NCBI RefSeq assembly: GCF_003918875.1
Contig: NW_025765448.1
Span: 1,364,001-1,428,000 of the forward strand
DNA: 64,000 bases
DNA from: Haliotis rubra
Lineage: Eukaryota
Reading direction: 5' to 3'
Below, in pieces: positions 12,432-25,721 of this stretch. The notes under the pieces were generated by a model. It was not told the origin of the DNA and made no database searches. It saw nothing but the letters and a program-made list of their open reading frames with translations. Position numbers and translations under genes: made by a program. Within the stretch, counting starts at the first letter, position 1; each line of letters opens with the position of its first letter.

Positions 12432-13267
12432 ATGGGCTGTAGCCAGTCCCTCCTCACGAAGACCCCCAGGAGGGGAGGGGGAGGGGGAGGGAGAAAAACA
12501 AAGGGAGATGACCCTTGTAGAAAGATGGACAGAGTTTCGAGACTGGGTTCGGAGACAGCGGGGCAAGAACAGGGTGGTGTCAATATCTATCAAACCAAAT
12601 GACAAGTCACGTGTCATAAGTAAGTCTTTCTCATCTTGGCATCATATGTTAAAGTGAGTAAGTTGTTAAGTTAATGTGTAATTTAATATCGGCAACATTT
12701 CAGACAGCCGAAAGAATTTGATTGTTCAGTAACAAAAATGTCAACAAAGGAAACTGAGATCGTTATATACATGTACCTCTATAAAAAACTAATCATACGA
12801 ACATCTTATCATAGAGGTCTGTACCAGAACTGTGTCACTAATATTGTGAGCAGGATACATACCAGCTGCAGACAACCCTTTTGTCATCACTAACGAGCAA
12901 AATGGGTTCCTGGGGATATACTGTAGTATANNNNNNNNNNNNNNNNNNNNNNNNNNNNNNNNNNNNNNNNNNNNNNNNNNNNNNNNNNNNNNNNNNNNNN
13001 NNNNNNNNNNNNNNNNNNNNNNNNNNNNNNNNNNNNNNNNNNNNNNNNNNNNNNNNNNNNNNNNNNNNNNNNNNNNNNAGTACGTAGTGGCAGTAGTAGT
13101 AGTAGTAGTAGCGGCAGCAATAGTATAAGAAGTAGTTGTTATAGCAGTACAAGTGATAAAAAGACATAGTAGTAGTAGAAGATGTAGCGGCAACAGTAGA
13201 AGTAGCTGTAATAACAGCATCAGTGCTAGTAGACGTAGTAGTTGACGTAGTAGTAGACATAGTAGAC

Positions 13268-13315
<48 letters not shown>

Positions 13316-14209
13316 ATACTAAACTTGCGCGACCATTTAAAGGCAAGTTTTTTTAACCATAAAATATATTTCATATTATTACAAGTACCCCTCATTATAC
13401 ATAAGAATGACAGAATAGGAAACAATATAATTATTATTATCATCATATAGTTATGAAATTAGGTAGAGAGAAAATGAAATCCGGACTACGAAAATCAATG
13501 AAGCCTTCTAGTTTTGTTATCAAATTCGTATTGTCAAATCCAGTCTTCAAGTGTATACTCACTTTCGCCCGACAGTATATAGCTGCAATATTGCTAACAG
13601 GAACATTAATTAAAGCCTATCTATAACTCACACACCACATTTGGTACTATTTGCATATCGCTTCAGAAATAAATATGAGTTCTCATTGAATGCAGATCGC
13701 ATCGTTGTGGCAGGTGAAACCGTTGAAGAAATCCAAGCGTGGTTGAGACAAATATATTCATTGAGAATGACAACTCAAGACACAAGATGCCCCGACCCAG
13801 GGCAGCCAAAGGCAAGCGTACGCCACACGTACCCAATGCTCAATCTAAGACAGAGGAACAAAAGGACATTGCTAATCTGTCCTCAGAAGACGTCACTGCA
13901 AAGAAGAGGATCAGACCAAAAGCAGCTAAAGGACCGAGGACAAGGCCACAGGAGATCCTCCCCGGAGTTGTAGCTGAAGACGACGACTCTGTTGCTGAAT
14001 GCAGCGTCATCAAGCACAAAACCACCATCGAAAACGATGTTCCTCCTTCTAAAAGCCTCTTCAGAAGGATTCGCCCAAATGCTGCAAAGGGCAAGCGCAA
14101 AGTTGGATCCCGTGACGAGAAGAGCGGGTCACTTGAGGCACAGAGCTCAACCCAGGAGTGCCTGGATGCGTGGATGAAGAGGAAGCTGTGTGAGGAGGGG
14201 AGTGAGTAG
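12432..14209 (+). pseudogene. Same family, copy 2 (frameshifted as assembled)
   Basis: Exon 1 12432-12619 has an extra A (GAGAAAAAC) leading to a premature TGA. Exon 2 13696-14209 has +2 nt at ~13733-13739. These may be assembly errors. Confidence 0.6.
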
Positions 14210-14414
14210 AGGACGCGGGGGATGATCGGGAGAAGGTAGGGATGGATTAGGTGGTGATTCAGGGTGAATGAGACAAAGGCGCAAGAAAACTCCAACCGCC
14301 TGATGTATGTCTACCGGCATAATGATCCTGTCCCACTGTACAGCTAACTGATCCCGACCCACGTGGAATGGTGTGTTGTACCCCAAGACTATGCTGATGA
14401 TCACATGGAAGTGT

Positions 14415-15500
14415 CCACAGATAGATATTGGCACAATGGAGGTGTTCTAGATAGAGACTAGAAGTGTTCTTCGCCACAGATAGATATTGACACAATGGAG
14501 GTGTTCTAGATAGGGACTAGAAGTGTTCTTCGCCACAGATAGATGTTGATACAATGGAGGTGTTCTAGATAGAGACTAGAAGTGTTCTTCGCCACAGATG
14601 TATATTGACACAATGGAGGTTTCTAGATAGAGACACTTCAACAGATGTATATTGACACAATGGAGGTGTTCTAGATAGAGACAAGAAGTGTTCTTCGCCA
14701 CAGATAGATATTGACACAATGGAGGTGTTCTAGATAGGGACTAGAAGTGTTCTTCGCCACAGATAGATGTTGATACAATGGAGGTGTTCTAGATAGGGAC
14801 TAGAAGTGTTCTTCGCCACAGATGTATATTGGCACAATGGAGGTGTTCTAGATAGAGACTAGAAGTGTTCTTCGCCACAGATGTATATTGACACAATGGA
14901 GGTGTTCTAGATAGAGACTAGAAGTGTTCTTCATACAGATGTATATTCACAGATGTATATTGGCACAATGGAGAGGTAGAGACTAGTGAGTGTTCTTCGC
15001 CACAGATGTCTAGAGATAGAGACTAGAAGTGTTCTTCGCCACAGATGTATATTGACACAACATGTATATTCACACAATTGAGGTGTTCTAGATAGAGACT
15101 AGAAGTGTTCTTCGCCACAGATGTATATTGACACAGAAGTGTGCTTCATGGAGGTGTTCTAGATAGAGACTAGAAGTGTTCTTCGCCACAGATAGATATT
15201 GATACAATGGAGGTGTTCTAGATAGAGACTAGAAGTGTTCTTCGCCACAGATGTAGACACAATGGATTTCTAGATAGAGACACACAGATGTATATTGAGG
15301 AGGTGTTCTAGATAGAGACTAGAAGTGTTCTTCGCCACAGATAGATATTACAATGGAGGTGTTCTAGATAGAGACTCGACGTTTTCTTCGCCATAGATTG
15401 ATATCAACAAAATGGAGGTGTTCTAGATAGAGACCAGAAGTGCTCCTAATTATAAATTTTTGTTGTTCACACGGTGGAGATGTTCGAGATGGAGACTAGT
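14415..15500 (+). repeat. 59-bp minisatellite, copy 2 (~18 units)
   Basis: Same unit. Confidence 0.95.
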
Positions 15501-17416
15501 GTATATTAAGACACAGTAAGAGTCTTCGAGACAAAGACTCTGAGTGTGTCTATAGATTCAGTGTTAAAGGCGCCATTTCAGTCAGTGTTGACCTTGGGGA
15601 TTTTCTGATTGGATAGATATATTTATCTTGCTATGTATACAGTGTTATGATGTAAATACCTAAAAATGTTTGAGGAAATGGTGTTAAAAATAGTTTTGTA
15701 TTCAATTTAATTCGTTAATTGTATTGTTATGAAAATGCCAAAAAAGTTAGGAAAATGCTAAAACAATACTTTTATGTTCATGTTTTTGTTAATTGTATTG
15801 TTATGTGAATAAAATTCCAAATATTTCATGTTTGATTAATTATGTTTCGTTATCACAGCGGCCAAAGATACAGCTCCGGTAGGCGAGGTTTCCGTATTAA
15901 AGCGTATATAGAGTTCCTCTGTAGTGAATCGACAGATCACAAAATATTTTCCAGGTTTTGTTCAAAACTTTTGGAGCATTTCAGCTTACAAAACAAGAGT
16001 GAGTGAGTTTTGTTTTACACCTCACTCAGCAATATTCCAGCTATATGTCGGCTGTCTGTAAATCATCGAGTCTGGACCAGACAATCCAGTTATCAACAAC
16101 ACGAGCATCGATCGATCTACGTAATTGGGATACGATGACATGTGTCAACCAAGTCAGCGAGCCTGACCACCCAATCCCGTTAGCCGCCTCTTACGACAAG
16201 CATGGGACACTGAAGATCAATTCTAACCCGGATCTTCACGGGTCTTATAAAACACGAGTTATCATAGGTTTGTGTAGGTGGAGTGAGTGAGGGGGTCGAG
16301 TTTTACGTTGCTGTTGGAAATAGTTTAGCAGTATCAGGGACAGGGAAACATATTACAGAAAATGAAATCCGATCGACTGAAGCCAGTGAAGTTGATTGTA
16401 GATCAACTAAAACATTAAAAACTATATAGCAGCACCATATTTGCCTATTTTGTTACAAGAAATCTAGAATCGAAATCATCCCCGTAAATTATTTGGACCC
16501 GAAACGGTGAAAAGGGAAATAGTTAATCAGTTGCCAAAATATATTTCTCAAATTCGGCCTCGAACCTGCATTGACAGAACACCCTGAAAGTTTATGAGAA
16601 ACCTTTATTCCGTTGTTGTACAGTCAGTCACAAGTGCTCTCCCTTAGATAACGAACTCGCTCTCACCTTGTCCATCCGTATTTCAATATGTTTGTTATCT
16701 CCAACCTAAAGCCCCAGTCGAGGAGGACGGTCGAAAATTATAAGTAGAAGTGGAAAAACAAAATTCAAGTGCTTATTTCACGTGTAGTGTAACTTATTTT
16801 ATAAAATTATGATCCAGACCTTAAACCTAACAGGCCGTGGGCACATAGCTAGAATATTTTCAAGTTGATCTGAACTTTCACCAGGTGAAAATGGAACCTT
16901 GATCGGGTCACAGCAGGGAATAAACGTCTCATTGGACAAGAATGAAATATTTTCGAACTGATCAGTGTCAATGACAGAGAGCGTGAGTGAGTGAATGAGA
17001 TTAGTTTCTGTTAGGACTATTCCAGAAATATCATGGCGGGGGACGCCAGAAATGGGCTTCACATATTGCACCCATGTGGGGAATCGGTGTGACGAGCGAA
17101 CGCTTTAACCATTATTCTACCCTACCGATTCTGTGTGGGTGGAAGTTGGTTATGGGACGGAAGTTGACAATAACTACTAGGATTCCCCACGATGGTGATG
17201 TATGACAAAGAGACAAGAATCGGGAATATCAACAGATTATATATTTCATGAAAATATGCTCAATATTATATGAAGATGTCAAACAATTCAGCCTAAAACT
17301 CGGTTAATTCATTATTCTAATAACCCACCATCATCTACGACCTCGGTCAGCTACACAACGACTCCACCGACAAGTCGCGTCCGCCGATGCAGTTGAAAGT
17401 AGGCAGGTGTGTAGTG

Positions 17417-18991
17417 ACAAGTCATCTGTCATAAGTAAGTCTTTCTCGTCTTGGCATCAAAAGTTACAGTGAGTGAGTTATTAAGTTAATATTTAATTTA
17501 ACATAGACGTCAGAAATAGATTTTTCAATGACAAAAATGTCAACATAGGAAAGTGAGATCGTTATAGAAAAACTAATCATATGAACATCAATGAGATGTA
17601 AGATATATTGTAGTATACTATACATGTACTAGGTATAATCGTAGGTGTAGAAGTAGTGGTGGTGGTGGTGGTAGCAGCAATAGCAGAAGAAGTAGTTGGT
17701 AGAAGAAATGTTATTATTAATAGTGGTAGCAGCATCAGCATCAGCAGTAGNNNNNNNNNNNNNNNNNNNNNNNNNNNNNNNNNNNNNNNNNNNNNNNNNN
17801 NNNNNNNNNNNNNNNNNNNNNNNNNNNNNNNNNNNNNNNNNNNNNNNNNNNNNNNNNNNNNNNNNNNNNNNNNNNNNNNNNNNNNTGATAGTTTCTTTAA
17901 CCATAAAATGCCTTTCATATTTGTGTGAGTACCCCTCATTATAAATACGAATGACAGAATAGGAAACACTATGTATACTATTCACACTTTGAGAAGGATC
18001 AAATCATGGATTCAGCAGAAAACTATGATGTGGGGTCAAATTTGGTTGAAATATCTAAGCTTGCTGTAAGCATGGATCCTAGGTTTCAGTATGTCATTTC
18101 ATCTTGTGTATGCCAAACCTGCTACTGATAGGTGTTGTGTACTTGTCAATGCCTCGTTCGATGATTTGCAAAATGGATGAATGGTGCCATGAAAACCATT
18201 ACAATACAATTTCAAATTATAAATCTACGTTTAAGTAAAGTTGTGAAGTTTTGTGATCTTTTAGCAAAGAGTGAGTAGTATATATTTTCGTTGTTGAAGT
18301 ATACAGACGAAAAGCAACGAGGCCTGCTAACTGTTTGTCACCTCCAGTCTTCACGGTATGCTCTTTTCCCGACAGTATAGCTGCAATCTTGCTAACAGGC
18401 CTATTTACAGCTCACACACCACATTTGGTACTATTTGCATATCACTTCAGAACTAAATATGAGTTCTCCTTGAATGCAGATCGCATCGTTGTGGCAGATG
18501 AAACCATGGAAGAAATCAAGGTGGTTGAGACAGATATATCCATTGAGAATGACAACTCGAGGCACAAGGTGCCCCGACCAAGGGCAGCCAAAGGCAAGCG
18601 TACACCACACGTACCCAATGCCCAGTCTCACACAGAGGAACAAAAGGACATTGCTAATCTGTCCTCAGAAGACGGCACTGCAAAGAAGAGGATCAGACCA
18701 AAAGCAGCTAAAGGACCAAGGACAAGGACACAGGAGATCCTCCCCGGAGTTGTAGCTGAGGACGACGACTCTGTAGCTGAATGCAGCGTCATCAAACACA
18801 AGACCACCATTGACAACGATGTTCCTCCTTCTAAAAGCTCTTCAGAAGGATTCGCCCAAAAGGCTGCAAAGGGCAAGCGAAAAAAAGTTGGATCACGTGA
18901 CAAGAAGAGCGGGTCACTTGAGGCACAGCGCTCAACCAAGGAGTGCCTGGATGCGTGGATGAAGAGGAAGCTGTGTGAAGTGGGAGAGTAG
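17417..18991 (+). pseudogene. Same family, copy 3 (promoter and most of exon 1 deleted)
   Basis: GTGTAGTG is fused directly to ACAAGTC...ATAA|GTAAGT at 17416/17417, about 330 bp missing relative to copy 2 (12272-12601). Exon 2 18480-18991 is still open. Confidence 0.75.
17975..18280. mobile_element. Tc1-like MITE in intron of copy 3
   Basis: TIR TACTATTCACACTTTGAGAAGGATC / GATCTTTTAGCAAAGAGTGAGTAGTA in TA context. Confidence 0.65.
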
Positions 18992-19139
18992 AGGGCGGGG
19001 GTGATCGGCGGGGAGATAGAGGGATCAGGTGGAGATTGAGGATGAAGGAGATAAGGGCGTAAGATAACTCCAATCTCCTTATGTATCTGATCCCGACACA
19101 GGTGGAATGGTGTTTTGTACACCAGCACTATTTTGATGA

Positions 19140-19498
19140 TCACATGGATTGATATTGACACAGTGGAGGTGTTCCACACACAATGGAGGTGTTCTAGATA
19201 GAGACTAGAAGTGGTTTTCGCCACAAATATATATTGACACAATGGAGGTGTTCGAGATAGAGACTATAAGTGTTCTTCGCCACACATGGCTATTGACACA
19301 ATGGAGGTGTTCTAGATAGAGACTATAAGTGTTCTTCGCCACAGATTGATATTGACACAATGAAGGTGTTTACACACAATGGAGGTGTTCTAGATAGAGA
19401 CTATAAGTGTTCTTCGCCACAGATTGATATTGACACAATGGAGGTGTTCTACACACAATGAAGGTGTTCTACACACAATGGAGGTGTTCTAGATAGAT
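19140..19498 (+). repeat. 59-bp minisatellite, copy 3 (~5 units plus 20-bp sub-repeats)
   Basis: Same unit, CTATAA variant. Confidence 0.9.
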
Positions 19499-20444
19499 AA
19501 AGGGCCTTGGGAATTTTCTGATTTGTAAGACGTATTATTGTAAGCCCCCTGTTATAAACATCCGAGTTTAGCATGCTATGTACACAGTGTTACGATCTAA
19601 ATGTCTAAAAATATTTGAGGAAATAATGTTAAAAATAGTTTTGTATTCAGTCGTTTTCGTTATTTAGATTGTGATTAAAATACATAAAAAGTCAGGAAAT
19701 AATACTAAAACATGTTTCACTTTCTTGTTTTCTTTCGTTAATTGTATTACTGTGTAAATAAAATTCCAAACATTTTATGTCCGATCAATTGTCTTTCGTT
19801 CTCACGTCGGCGAAAGATAAAGTGCCGGTAGGTGAGTGAGTCGACAGATGCATTGTTTCCAGGTTGTGTACAAAGCAGTATTTTTTTAATGAGTTAAGCT
19901 GTGGAATACGAAAGCCAAGTTGATCTTTAGAGGTTTCTGTTTGCTGATATTGAAAGCTGAATTGTCAGACAAAACATGGACTATACTTGCTCCACGTCTT
20001 CCAATAACACATCTTTGTATAAGAGCCGGGCACTCGACGTGACGAGCTAGTAGACAGTGACTTTCCCTGGAGAGCGCCAGGTCGGGTGTTGGGCACGTCG
20101 TGGGAAGACGTAATACCTTGCCTGACGCATTGAGGGGATGAATTAAACATGGATGGTTTGCGTGGCGTCAGTGTAACAAGACAGGTGTCTTTGGGGAAAC
20201 TGCAGCATGGTATCTCAGTGGACAATATTAAGATTCTGAAGCATTTGTTTACAAACATGTATAAATTCGCTTATCCTGAACGTGACTTTTCACCTCTGCG
20301 TGATGACCATTAGCTTTGACCACCATGTCAGACAATCCCATGAATATCCGTATTTTATTCGTGGTTTACTTGGGTTGTTAAGAGGTGTTTCTTGTTTTAC
20401 GCCGCACTCCGATAGTCCAGTTATATAACACAGTGGCCTTTTAA

Positions 20445-21586
20445 TAGTATTCCCAGAAATTATTGAGAAAGTTGTTTCGGCAAATATCTAATACATGTAT
20501 ATAAAATATAGAAGTTTTACTTAAATGATCATTTTGAGATATGATTCTCTTACAGTCTAAGTGTCTTGTCAGTACCTTGTGATACCTCCTTGTTCTGCAG
20601 TACACGACATAATGCGCCTAGGTACACTGCCGATAAAAGTTTGTAGGAAATGACAGCGTATCCCAATATTCGACCACTTCTTTCTTCATAGCCTCAAGTC
20701 CTTTTTATTTATCATGCTCGTATCTTCATACAGTGTTCAGGCCGTAGGAAGGAAGTGCCCATTTAAGATGTCAACATATCATTCCTTCGCCACATTTCCA
20801 GTGAAAACACACAACAGCGTCACTGTAAGTGATGATATCCCACCCCACATCGTGACATGTGAAATTTCGGTCTATGTTTTGGGCGTTGGTAGATAGGTTT
20901 CACGGTATATTTTGTCCAAATTTTCACACAGTTCGAAAAGCCAAACAATTTTCATCAGAAAAGAAAACATTATCCAAATTTTGGTTTTCGCGAGCCCTAC
21001 ACCAGTTTTAAAAACGTCTTTCTTTCTGTGCATCTTTCGTCAATGGTGAGGGAATTCAGCGCTTTTCACCCAGTCTTTGTAATTGTTGTCTAAGGGTTTC
21101 ATTACATACCTGAGGGACTTCCTCTACTAACCGTCTCATTTCTGATATCCTCAACGCTTTTCATTTTTCCCCTACTCACAATCTGACCAAGTCGCCAGCG
21201 ATCAGTAGAACTGAACTTCCTTGGCCTCCCTGCCCTGTTTTGTGCTCAGTCCCAACTCCTGACTTAATATTCTTCAATGTTCTGTATACTGTAGACAGAG
21301 GAATGCCATGTCTACCAGGTAACTCTTTTGCATTAGTCACACCCCTTTCAAAATCATCTAGAACCAGCTTTCTTTTCTCTTCTGCTGTCAAATCTGCCAT
21401 GTCAACAAAGGAAGCCGTCTCACCAGGGAGATAACTCTTGGTGTAGGAAAGTTCATGCTTAAGCCACAAGAGTTGCCTCCCATATTGAGTACCTTACAAC
21501 ATAATGTACAAAGTAACACCTATTTAAAAATTCTATTATCAGTTTTAGGTAACAACGATTTTTTCAATAATTTCTGGAGAAAACTG
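20445..21586 (-). mobile_element. Decayed Tc1/mariner element
   Basis: Imperfect TIRs (CCAGAAATTATTGA at ~20453, TCAATAATTTCTGG at ~21564); HTH-like IPLSTVYRTLK, plus VFFSDE and MWGGIS remnants. Confidence 0.75.
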
Positions 21587-21974
21587 TATGTCGGTTCGCT
21601 GGGCGTGAGTGGAGTGAGTCAGGGGGCTGGTTTTTTACATTGCTAATGAAAACATGGAGCGATATAAGATCGAGGGAAGACTACAAATCGGTTTCACACC
21701 TTGTACTCGTGTGGGGAATCGAACCTGGGACCAGCAAGCGCTTTAACCACAAGGCTACTTCAGCGCTTCTGTGTGAGTGGGACCCATGAGGATGACGTTT
21801 GACAACAGACAAGAATCAGGAATGTCAAAAGACATACATTTCATGAAACTGTGCGTAGCACTTCTTCTAAATATTAAACATTTTAAGCTATTCGAATAAC
21901 CCGCCACCATTTCCAAATTTGATAAGCTCCAAAATGACTCCGCCGATGCAGTTATAGATACATCAGCGTGTAGT

Positions 21975-22068
21975 GGGCGTGGCTTAACTGGACTCAGATG
22001 TCAGCATATGTAACAATATGGTGACGTCATCAATGGCGTGACGTCATAATCACCGGGTTATTGAAAGC
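21975..22068 (+). promoter_or_regulatory. Promoter copy 4: GC box and two CREs
   Basis: GGGCGTGGC 21975-21983; TGACGTCA 22022-22029 and 22039-22046. Confidence 0.7.
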
Positions 22069-22130
22069 GCAATACGTGTTATAGATCGCTAGATACTTTC
22101 ACCCTATGGATAACGTTTAAAGATTACTTA

Positions 22131-22862
22131 ATGGGCTGTAACCAGTCCCTCCTCACGAAAACCCCCAGGAGGGGAGGGGGAGGGAGAAAACAAAGGGAGA
22201 TGACCCTTGTAGAAAGATGGACAGAGTTTCGAGACTGGGTTCGGAGACAGCGGGGCAAGAACAGGGTGGTGTCAATATCTATCAAACCAAATGACAAGTC
22301 ACGTGTCATAAGTAAGTCTTTCTCATTTTGGTATCATATGTTACAGTAAGTGGTTTATGAAGTCAACATTTGATTTAACATCGGCAACTTTTAAAAAAAT
22401 GTCAACAAAGGAAGGTGAAATAATTATATACCGCAAAGAAAAAGCTAATCATATGAACATCAATCTCAACACTAAGATCTGTTTTGTTTCTTTGTTACTT
22501 TATGCTCCACTTTGTAATATCCCAGCTACACTCTTTGTGAAGGAAGTTTGACAATAGTTGTGCACCAGAATATCGAGTGATTGATCATGATACGGTGCCA
22601 GGAATTCCTTTTTGTAACCTCTTACGACCAACATGGGTACCTGAGGATATACTGTATATAGTGGCAGCAGCAGTAGTAGCAGTAGTACAAGTAGTAGAAG
22701 TAGCAGCACTATCAGTGGCAGTAAGTACGTGCGTTTATGGACCATTAAAGGGAATTCAGAAAAAAAACTTTCACATTTTTACACGGATTCTTCTTTATAG
22801 GTAGGCTCGAAAGAGAAACAGTATAGGAAACAGTATAGTAGTAGAAGATGTTGTAGGAATAA

Positions 22863-22900
<38 letters not shown>

Positions 22901-24561
22901 CCATTTAAAGGCCAGTTCTTAAAACCATAAAATATATTTAATATTTTTACAAGTAGCTGTAGAAGACTTATTAAAAACTGAACACGGCAGAAAATCTGAA
23001 ACAATATATTTATTATCATCATCGTTAGGGAAATATATTACAAAAAATTAAATCCGATCGACTGAAAGCAGTGAAGTTGATTTGAGGTCAAGTAAAACAT
23101 TAAAGACTACATAGCACCATATTTGCCAGTGTTTTCGAAGAAATCGTGGCGACCCCACCGTCCCCAGTAAGAAAGAAAGTATTTCCGTCATCAAGTGTGA
23201 TTTCCCAGTAGTGATGCCATATGTTCTGACAAATTACACAGAAATATCGTATGTGTACTAGTATATTGAAAAACATCCAATAATCACGTTTACCCAATAT
23301 AGACAAGGAGTATCCAAGGCCAGGTAGTCATGATGTTTGTCAAATCGATTCCCCAATTACTTCAGTAATTAAATCGTTGCAAAAGAAGTTAATGTGATTA
23401 TTTAACTAAAGTGTTTCTCAACGCCTCTGACGATGTCATCCTAAAAGATGTCATTGCATAAATTATATAAAAACATTAAATCGTTGGGACTTTGACCCTC
23501 AAATGCCCATCACAGCCTTTTGGTACAGTTCCATAACTTCATGTGCTTGTAAGCTATTAATCCTGGACAGGATAAGACCCCAGTCACCCATGCATGTCGG
23601 AATTTACAAGTGTTTGTTATTTTACGCCGCACTCATTCATTTTATAAACCGCCAGCTTCCCTGATTCAGACTCGTTTATTTTCTGATAATAGTTGCGCCT
23701 TAAAACAACATTCATTCACTTACATCCATCGCGACGTTTTATGGGCGTTGGGATAGCCCCGTGGTTAATGCATTGATTCGAATCTCTTACTGGTACAATG
23801 GGTGATTGCCAGTTTCCCCGACATGAATAAACTGACGAGCGAAATAAAGTATGCAGTTTTCTGGTGGTTATACTAATACAAACAGGATGGTAATTAGATA
23901 CCGGTATCAATGTTGTGTATTGGACTCATTTGGTATCATTCACATTTCGCTTTAGAATTTAATAGGAATTTTACAAATTATTGTTTCAATTTCAGACCAG
24001 CAAACATTAAATATGGAACAAATCGGCTCCGTATCCTCGTCGGATACAGATGCCATCGTTGTGGTAGATGAAACCGTTGAAGAAATCAAGGTGGTTGAGA
24101 CAAATATCTCCATTGAGAATGACAACTCAAGACACAAGATGCCCCTAACCAGGGCAGCCAAAGGCAAGCGTACGCCACACGTACCCAATGCTCAATCTCA
24201 GACAGAGGAACAAAAGGACATTGCTAATCTGTCCTCAGAAGACGTCACTGCAAAGAAGAGGATCAGACCAAAAGCAGCTAAAGGACCGAGGACGAGGCCA
24301 CAGGAGATCCTCCCCGGAGTTGTAGCTGAAGACGACGACTCTGTTGCTGAATGCAGCGTCATCAAGCACAAAACCACCATCGAAAACGATGTTCCTCCTT
24401 CTAAAAGCCTCTTCAGAAGGATTCGCCCAAATGCTGCAAAGGGCAAGCGCAAAGTTGGATCCCGTGACGAGAAGAGCGGGTCACTTGAGGCACAGCGCTC
24501 GACCCACGAGTGCCTGGATGCGTGGATGAAGAGGAAGCTGTATGAGGAGAGGAGAGAGTAG
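22131..24561 (+). CDS. Uncharacterised MGCNQS-initiated basic protein, copy 4 (intact, ~248 aa)
   Basis: Exon 1 22131-22311 (AA|GTAAGT, phase 1) plus exon 2 23996-24561 (ttcaatttcag|AC; an in-frame alternative acceptor starts at 24050). Open frame to TAG; paralogous to three other copies. Confidence 0.8.
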
Positions 24562-24639
24562 AGGACGCTGGGGATGATCGGGAGGGGGCTGGGATGAATG
24601 AGGTGGAGATTCAGGAGAAAGGACTATTCTGATGATAAC

Positions 24640-25040
24640 ATGGAAGTTTCTAGATAAAGAGTTCACAGCATATAGGTATTGGCACAATGGGGGTGTTCTA
24701 CGCACAATGGAGGTGTTCTAGACAGAGACTAGAAGTGTGCTTCACCACAGATAGATGTTGACACAGTGCAGGTGCTCTAGATAGAGACTAGAAGTGTTCT
24801 TCGCCACAGATGTATATTGACACAATGGAGGTGTTCTAGATAAGACTAGAAGTGTGCTTCACCACAGATTGATGTTGAAACCATAGAAGTGTTTTAGATA
24901 GAGACTAGAAGTGTTTTTCGCCACAGATAGATATTGACACAATGGAGGTGTTCTAGATAGAGACTAGAAGTGTTCTTCGCCACGGATGTCTATTTCACAC
25001 CGTAGAGGTGTTCTAGATAGAGAATAGAAGTGTTCATCAC
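24640..25040 (+). repeat. 59-bp minisatellite, copy 4 (~6 units)
   Basis: Same unit. Confidence 0.9.
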
Positions 25041-25721
25041 TAAAGGTTCTATTTCGGTCAGTGTTGACCTTGGACGTTTTTGAAGATGTTGTATTATAAG
25101 CTTCCTGTAATAAGTATCCGAGCTAAGCATTCTGTATACGGTGTTATGATATAAATACCTAAATATGTTTGAAGAATGTTAAGAAATATTGTTTAATCGT
25201 ATTGTCATGTAAAAAGAATTATAAATACTTCATGTTCGATCAATTATATTTCGTTATCACATTGATGATCTCCATGCAAAAAACTATTTGTGCAAATAAT
25301 GTTAAAAACATCTTTTGAATCCAATTCTGTTTCGTTAATTTTATCGTTATTTGAATAAACTTCCAAACTACAGTTCACTGAATTGTTTTCCTTATCACGT
25401 CGGGGATATAGAAGCGGGTGCCTCAGCAGTAAAAGACGAAAGATCACAATATGGTTTCAAAGTTGTGTTCAAAATTTTGGGGAACGTTTTCAACACTAAG
25501 GCATTTAATCCATCAAAATAGAGTTAAAACTCTGAAATATGAGAATGAATTTGACCTTTCGAATTGCCATCCATACTGAAAGATGAATTGTCAGATACAG
25601 TTACGTTGAGTAATTCACGAACAAAACAGGCACCACGTCTTCACATTACCAGTATTTGGACAGGAGTGTAACTTCCATACATCTTTGAACAGTGTTCCAG
25701 TTATTTCACCACCAGTGAGTA

